Positions 26,630-32,000 of a stretch of 32,000 nt of DNA are shown here, in pieces. The notes beneath the pieces were generated by a model, which saw nothing but the letters and a program-made list of their open reading frames with translations, searched no databases and had not been told where the DNA came from. The stretch is taken from the NCBI GenBank assembly GCA_000091165.1, contig FP565575.1, positions 870,001-902,000 of the forward strand, in the 5' to 3' direction. How positions within the stretch are numbered: the stretch's first letter is position 1; every line of letters begins with the position of its first letter. The translations under genes and the position numbers were made by a program. Origin of the DNA: Candidatus Methylomirabilis oxygeniifera (GTDB lineage Bacteria; Methylomirabilota; Methylomirabilia; Methylomirabilales; Methylomirabilaceae).

Positions 26630-28528
26630 CTAACCGAACTCGCCCCGGAGAAACCGTTCTCTGGTGTCGAGCCGCATCCGTTTTCCGCTGGTGGTTTTGC
26701 TGAGGGTTCCTGGTGCGACCAGCAGCACATGGTCAAGTACCGTGCCGCCTGCCGGCCGATAGACGTCATCCACGCGGGAGCGGATCTCTCGCAGTAAGGC
26801 CTCATGGAGCGGTGCATGGCGGTGCGGATCGGCCAGCTCAACCACCGCCACCACCCGCTGAGTTCCGGATCTGGCGTCGGTGACGCCGAAGACGATGCTT
26901 CGACCCGGCCTGACCCCCTCAACGGTTTCTATGACCTCTTCGAGATGGGCCGGGGCATAGTTGCGGCCCCCCTTGATCACGATCTCCTTTAACCTCCCGG
27001 TGATGTATAGCTCTCCTGCCGAGTCGATCGTCCCCTCATCACCGGTGTGCAGCCACCGTCGTCCGTCTCGTTCTCGGATTACCTGCGCGGTGGCCTCCGG
27101 GTCTCCAAAATATCCGTCCATCAGGCTTGGTCCTGTCACGATTACCTCGCCAAGGCGCCCGATCGGGAGCTGGTTGCCTTCGGTGTCAATGATTCGAATG
27201 TCAAAATCCTGGAGCGGCCGTCCCACAGATACCCACTCCTCGCCCCGCTGTCTGCAGACCCGATAGGGTGCTGTGAGGTCCGGGAAGGAGACGGCGAGCG
27301 CCATCTCGGCCAGCCCATAGACCGGTGACAAGGCTTCCCGACGAAGTCCGAACTGCTCGAACTCGCGTTGGAACGCTTCCATCGCCTGCACAGTAACCGG
27401 TTCAGAGCCGTTCATCAGGATTCGAAGGCGGGAGAGGTCAAGACGGCTCCCCTGTCCATGGGCCGGCGAGTGCGCAAACCGTCTGGGCGCGATCCGACAC
27501 ATTCTGGCGAGCCGTCCGATAGCGGAGTTGTTGGCGACTGAGACTGTGGCCTTGAACTGATGGATCGCCCACATCCAGCGGATTGGATCGCGGGTAAAAT
27601 CAGTGGGCGACATCAGGCAGGCTTCCATGCCGAGGGCAAAGGATCCCAGCGTAATGCCGATGAGCCCCATGTCATGGTAGAGCGGTAACCAGGAGACTAC
27701 CTTGTCGTCCGGTCGCGGCTGTACCGCTTGCCCGAACGCCCGGATGTTGGCTAAGATCGCTCGGTGGCTGAGCACGACACCCTTCTGAATACCGGTTGAT
27801 CCGGAAGTAAATTGGATCAGAGCCGTGGCATTGCCATCAACGCTCGGCGACCGAAACTGAGCGGTTCCTCGCAGGAGGTCGGAGGCCGGCACAAAGGCAG
27901 GCGGCTCACGAAGGAGCCGGGCAGCAGCCTGACACACGGGACCGAACTCTCGCTCGGCGATTACCACGGTAGGTCGGGAGGTCTGGCAGACATGGACCTG
28001 CTGGTCCACGTACCGGCTGAGGCGCTGAAGCTGCTCCAGGAGAGTCATGAGAGGCCGTCCCGCGTTTCGCCCCTGTCGCCAGCGTTGAGCGAAAGGCTGT
28101 TGCACGAGGCGGTCGATCACCCATTTGGCGGGGGCGTACAGGCCGGTGGTGGTCGCTGCGGCCAGGGTGCGAAGCAGGCCTTTCGGGAGAAGCAGGGGCG
28201 GATACGTGGGAACCGCTACCGCACCCGCCAACCAGGTACCGAATAAGGCTTGAAGGATGGGCCGCCCGGTGGGAAGCATGATAAGGACCCGATCTCCCGG
28301 CCGGACCCCCAGTTCCTGAAGGAGCGCCGCCACCCGCTCGGCCTCCTGGCACAACATGCCGAACTGGATCGGCTCGTCGGTGTCAGGACCGCGGAGTAGC
28401 GAGCACCAGGGCCTCTCCATGCGATATTCCGCCTGGTAATGAACGATCTGGCCAATCGTATCCGAGGCTGTGAGAGCGGCTAGTGGAGAGGGGTCGAGAG
28501 ATTCACAATAAGTGGAGGAGATAGTCAC
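26630..28528 (-). CDS. Fatty acyl-AMP ligase (AMP-binding superfamily)
   Basis: ALIQFTSGSTGIQKGVVLSH, VSWLPLYHDMGLIG, MNGSEPVT, YGLAEMALAVSFP, LHTGDEGTIDSAGELYITGRLKEIVIKGGRNYAP, KTTSGKRMR. Confidence 0.93.
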   Translation of the reverse strand: MTISSTYCESLDPSPLAALTASDTIGQIVHYQAEYRMERPWCSLLRGPDTDEPIQFGMLCQEAERVAALLQELGVRPGDRVLIMLPTGRPILQALFGTWLAGAVAVPTYPPLLLPKGLLRTLAAATTTGLYAPAKWVIDRLVQQPFAQRWRQGRNAGRPLMTLLEQLQRLSRYVDQQVHVCQTSRPTVVIAEREFGPVCQAAARLLREPPAFVPASDLLRGTAQFRSPSVDGNATALIQFTSGSTGIQKGVVLSHRAILANIRAFGQAVQPRPDDKVVSWLPLYHDMGLIGITLGSFALGMEACLMSPTDFTRDPIRWMWAIHQFKATVSVANNSAIGRLARMCRIAPRRFAHSPAHGQGSRLDLSRLRILMNGSEPVTVQAMEAFQREFEQFGLRREALSPVYGLAEMALAVSFPDLTAPYRVCRQRGEEWVSVGRPLQDFDIRIIDTEGNQLPIGRLGEVIVTGPSLMDGYFGDPEATAQVIRERDGRRWLHTGDEGTIDSAGELYITGRLKEIVIKGGRNYAPAHLEEVIETVEGVRPGRSIVFGVTDARSGTQRVVAVVELADPHRHAPLHEALLREIRSRVDDVYRPAGGTVLDHVLLVAPGTLSKTTSGKRMRLDTRERFLRGEFG

Positions 28529-28538
28529 GATACTTCCT

Positions 28539-29630
28539 TTACGGGTGATGAGTAAGGTTCCTGACGCACCGTCGGCGTTTCGGGATAACGATCTTGTGGG
28601 GGTTGGCGTCGGCTAACGCAATCATCTCACTGATGGCCCAATCCCTCTGGGAGAGGCTTGCCTTCCGGGGATATGCTGTGCCTCCGAGGCGTTCAATACC
28701 TCGAATGATTCCGATAGGGATTGGTAGCGTTCCGTCGGTTGCGCAAACCTCGGCCAGCGAACCCGCTAGCGCCAGATAGGTCGAGAGGAATCGATGCGGC
28801 CAAGTGAATGAGCGGCTTCGTCTCATTTGGAAGACGGCGTACAGGAAGCCGCCCCAGCAAAAATGCGAAATACTGATTGTTTTGTGAACCCAATCGAGAA
28901 ATGCGAGGACCGTTTTGAGATGGACGCGTTCCCGTGGACTACTGGATCTGCCAAGGCCGACAAGAAGAGTCCACTCGATGAGCTCCCGCCACGGTTCCAG
29001 AAGTGTCCCGGTATGCCGGCAAAGACCGGTTAGGTTTCCTTGGAAGCTGTAAATATCTTGGTAGTGCCAGGATTCCCCTCCTTCGGTGGAACGATTCAGT
29101 AGCCAGGCTCGGAATCCCAACGTCATTGCTTTCTGCAGGAATCTTTGATCAACGTCGTTATGAGAGGCTCTGAGAAAAGCCTTATATGCTCGGCACAACA
29201 TCCGGTCACCGTGAGGCAGCCGAGATTGCTCTAGCGCGCGACTGATGACCTGGTCCCCAGCCAGCATGATGCCATTTACATGGGTTAGGCCTCGCAATAT
29301 GAACGGGCGCCAAATCACGACGATTTCCAAGTTGGTCAGGAACTCTAGTGATATAAGTGTCTGTACGGAGGTGTTTCGAGTGGTCAAAATCTTCGTGATA
29401 TCGCTAAATCTTGGTACGATAACGAACAGATCGTAGTCACTGGCCATTCGGAGGCCATCTTGTCCCAACTGCCCTTCGCCGTACGCGAGACTTCCGGAGA
29501 GGACGACTGACGCACGGGGTACAGTATCCAGCAGGATCTCGGTAATTGTTTCCAGCTCGATCCGAATCCGAGCGTGGGACTGCGGACTCTCATCAAGGCA
29601 AAATCGGTGACGATCGTCCAGAAGAAGCAT
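28539..29630 (-). CDS. Nucleotidyltransferase-like protein
   Basis: VVLSGSLAYGEGQLGQDGLRMASDYDLFVI resembles the GS...SDxDL core of pol-beta-type NTases. Confidence 0.5.
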   Translation of the reverse strand: MLLLDDRHRFCLDESPQSHARIRIELETITEILLDTVPRASVVLSGSLAYGEGQLGQDGLRMASDYDLFVIVPRFSDITKILTTRNTSVQTLISLEFLTNLEIVVIWRPFILRGLTHVNGIMLAGDQVISRALEQSRLPHGDRMLCRAYKAFLRASHNDVDQRFLQKAMTLGFRAWLLNRSTEGGESWHYQDIYSFQGNLTGLCRHTGTLLEPWRELIEWTLLVGLGRSSSPRERVHLKTVLAFLDWVHKTISISHFCWGGFLYAVFQMRRSRSFTWPHRFLSTYLALAGSLAEVCATDGTLPIPIGIIRGIERLGGTAYPRKASLSQRDWAISEMIALADANPHKIVIPKRRRCVRNLTHHP

Positions 29631-29633
29631 TAT

Positions 29634-30737
29634 CTAGTTACCTGCCATTTTACTCGATTGAAACGATTGACTGCGTACGGTGTCGGCATGCCACGGACAT
29701 CGGCTCCGCTCCCACTCGGATGCAAATGCCCCAATAGTGGCGCAACGAACCGGGGCGACCGCGCTCACGGTATCAAGGAACCGTGCGAGTCGCTCCGTTC
29801 GAACGGATCCGCGATCATGCCCAAACGGACTCGGGAACCCTTCTACGAACTCCCACGGATGTACCAGCAAGACCAGGGTGATGGGGACGCTCGCAAGCGC
29901 GCTTACCGCAATGAGGTCTTGCAGGACTGACTGTGTTCGTGTTGTTTGTTGTATGAAACGATATGGGTGGTGTGATCGAAGGGATGGTCGAGGCTCTACA
30001 GAGACGGGTATCTCGATAAGTCGGTGTTGCGGAAGAGTGTCCCGTAGCCGAGTCAGAGGTCTGCCCGGATTACGGTGCGCCGGGGTTGATAGATACCCGA
30101 AAAGTTGATTCGGAAGCGAGGAGTCAACAAGAAATCCTGCATTTGTTACTGCTGCAGCACTCTGCGAATCAATGTGAAGGAAAGGAGCGCGGAAGGCGCG
30201 TATCGGGACGCCCACGAGGTCCTCAAGCATCTCTTTCGCCTTCCGAACCGTGTCCTCTTTCTCCGTCCTCCCATAAACGGTTGGAGGGCGAGGAATCGTG
30301 TCATCGATCCGGTAAGGGCCCCCATAACTCTCATGTGCCAGGCCGTGACACCCTATCTCATGCCCGCGTCGCGCCACCTCAAGCACCGTGTCGCCAGCCA
30401 AACGGGCCAGGATACCTTCGGTGAAGAAGGTCCCGCGGACTCCATGAGCGTCCAGGAGATTCAAGAGAGATGGGAGGCCCTCCTCAATGCCGCGGAGAGT
30501 TCGCGTATCCCAGGAACCTGCCTCCCAAGGAGGATCGAGTTCGAGATCGCAAGTGAAGATCAGTGAGATCGTCTCCTGACCGGACGGTTTCTTTGAAGTG
30601 TGCGTCCGAATGAAACAGCCTCTAAGGAGCTGCAGCCACCAGTGTGGATTCACATAGGCATTTCCATAAGGCTGCCAGATCGTTAGGGCGCGAAGATTCC
30701 GTTTGATCTCGCGTAGACGGACATTGAGAGATCTCAC
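29634..30737 (-). CDS. Polysaccharide deacetylase (NodB-like), probable GTG start
   Basis: ISLIFTCDLELDPP, GVRGTFFTEGILAR, RRGHEIGCHGLAHESY, AFRAPFLHID. Confidence 0.85.
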   Translation of the reverse strand: MRSLNVRLREIKRNLRALTIWQPYGNAYVNPHWWLQLLRGCFIRTHTSKKPSGQETISLIFTCDLELDPPWEAGSWDTRTLRGIEEGLPSLLNLLDAHGVRGTFFTEGILARLAGDTVLEVARRGHEIGCHGLAHESYGGPYRIDDTIPRPPTVYGRTEKEDTVRKAKEMLEDLVGVPIRAFRAPFLHIDSQSAAAVTNAGFLVDSSLPNQLFGYLSTPAHRNPGRPLTRLRDTLPQHRLIEIPVSVEPRPSLRSHHPYRFIQQTTRTQSVLQDLIAVSALASVPITLVLLVHPWEFVEGFPSPFGHDRGSVRTERLARFLDTVSAVAPVRCATIGAFASEWERSRCPWHADTVRSQSFQSSKMAGN

Positions 30738-30860
30738 ATTAATCGCCTTGAGTGCAGTATATAGTATCGCACTGGATTCTCAGGAGCAAGAACCTGAACG
30801 GGACCTAAAGATCACCGTGATCCTTTCTGCCATCGCCTGATCGAGGACTACAAGACTCTC

Positions 30861-32000
30861 TCAATGCGGCTGTGCGAGAACGGCCGGGTAAGGAGCTATA
30901 GGGAAGCACCCGTCATTAAGCAGCTCGGCGTATACCGCCTCTGCGCGATCTACCATCGTTTCGAACTTGAAGCACTCCAGGGACCGGTTTTGGCTCAGTC
31001 TGGCTCGGGCGGCAGCCGCTGTAGGATCCGACAGTACCGCAAGGATGCCGCCGGCGAGTGCGGCAGCGTCTCCCGGCGGGACCAGGACTGCGCCGTTCGC
31101 AACAATCTCAGGTATGCCGCCCACGGTGGTCGCTACGATCGGAGTCCCGGCTGCCGCTGCCTCCAGCACTACATACGAAAATACCTCGGATAAGGATGGG
31201 ATAACGATGACATCGGTTTCAGCGTACAATTTCGCCAGGTGAGACCGCGGTCGAAAGCCGATGAACCGAGTTATCCTCATTAGCCCCAGGGAGGTACACA
31301 ATTGCTCGAGTGCGGGCCGATAGGGACCATCGCCCGCTATCGTGATGATCAGGTCCGGGAACGCTCGACGAATCTGAGGGATCGCTTCGAGTAGATACTG
31401 CACACCCTTGCCCGCTACCAGTCGACCCACATACAGCAGATGAGGACCAGGTTGTCCAAACCGAGGTTCTCGTGGACGAAGAGCGAAGTTGTTTTGTGGA
31501 AGACCATGCGGGATAACTACGATTCGATCGGTGGGAAACCCGGACTCTCTCAGGCTCCGCGCGAGCGTGCTGCTGGGGGCGATAAACCGGGCAACCCCCT
31601 GGAGAAGATGCCGACGTGCTCTCCATGCTCTACGGAGAACGAGGTTCACAAACGGTACAGGAAGGCGAACCCCCATCTTGTCCCTGAGTCCTCGCGCCAG
31701 ACAAGGCGCACAGATCTCCGATGCGTAGCGTTGGCGACAACTCCCGTCCTCATTGTAACAGAGCTGTTGGCGGAGGCAGACCGGCCAATAGGTATGCAGC
31801 GTCGCGAGTACAGGGATCCGGAGGCGGTTCGCCGCGGCAATCGGTGCAAATGAAAGATTGAAAAAGGAGTGCAAATGGACGATATCAGGAGGCCAAGCGC
31901 GGAAAATGCGAAGGGTTGAAAGATATACGACTGGATCAAATTGGAAAAGTTTCGTCAGCAAAATCGGGAAGGCAGTCTTCGTTGAGAAGATTGCCTCGAC
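30861..32000 (-). CDS. Glycosyltransferase family 4/1 (GT-B), 5' end beyond window
   Basis: PDIVHLHSF, VARFIAPSSTLARSLRESGFP, LLYVGRLVAGKGVQYLLEAIP, VIPSLSEVFSYVVLEAAAAGTPIVATTVGGIPEIV; frame stays open to position 32000. Confidence 0.92.
   Translation of the reverse strand, partial: VEAIFSTKTAFPILLTKLFQFDPVVYLSTLRIFRAWPPDIVHLHSFFNLSFAPIAAANRLRIPVLATLHTYWPVCLRQQLCYNEDGSCRQRYASEICAPCLARGLRDKMGVRLPVPFVNLVLRRAWRARRHLLQGVARFIAPSSTLARSLRESGFPTDRIVVIPHGLPQNNFALRPREPRFGQPGPHLLYVGRLVAGKGVQYLLEAIPQIRRAFPDLIITIAGDGPYRPALEQLCTSLGLMRITRFIGFRPRSHLAKLYAETDVIVIPSLSEVFSYVVLEAAAAGTPIVATTVGGIPEIVANGAVLVPPGDAAALAGGILAVLSDPTAAAARARLSQNRSLECFKFETMVDRAEAVYAELLNDGCFPIAPYPAVLAQPH

Overview
GC-rich chromosomal segment. 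The protein style suggests an NC10/Methylomirabilis-like lineage, but this is inference only. The left ~10 kb is a sulfur-assimilation and methionine-type neighbourhood. It contains a 5'-truncated JAMM/MPN+ metallopeptidase, a TauE/SafE permease, a siroheme-[4Fe-4S] sulfite/nitrite reductase, a secreted YVTN beta-propeller, an Fe-S type APS/PAPS reductase, ATP sulfurylase, a convergent tandem rhodanese, two stand-alone NIL-domain proteins flanking a SAM-I riboswitch with terminator, a threonine-synthase-like PLP enzyme, and a MoaD/ThiS-like sulfur-carrier protein ending in -Gly-Gly-Cys. The most interesting reading is a sulfate -> sulfide -> protein-thiocarboxylate -> homocysteine pathway. It would resemble the Wolinella HcyS/HcyD/HcyF/MetY pathway but use a ThrC-family enzyme as the sulfur-accepting PLP enzyme, under SAM-I riboswitch control. 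The rest holds an OmpH-like/lipoprotein/small-TM/IspH group, an ACT-domain protein, pxpA-pxpB-pxpC, a lipoprotein, galT-like, a nitrogen-control cluster (P-II with a sigma54-like promoter, glnA split by an apparent 1-nt frameshift, glycine-zipper protein, glnE), a sugar epimerase, RNase P RNA, tRNA-Glu(TTC), a phage-holin-family protein, and a minus-strand surface-glycan/lipid locus (acyl-AMP ligase, nucleotidyltransferase-like protein, polysaccharide deacetylase, glycosyltransferase running off the right edge). No CRISPR array or transposase was recognised.
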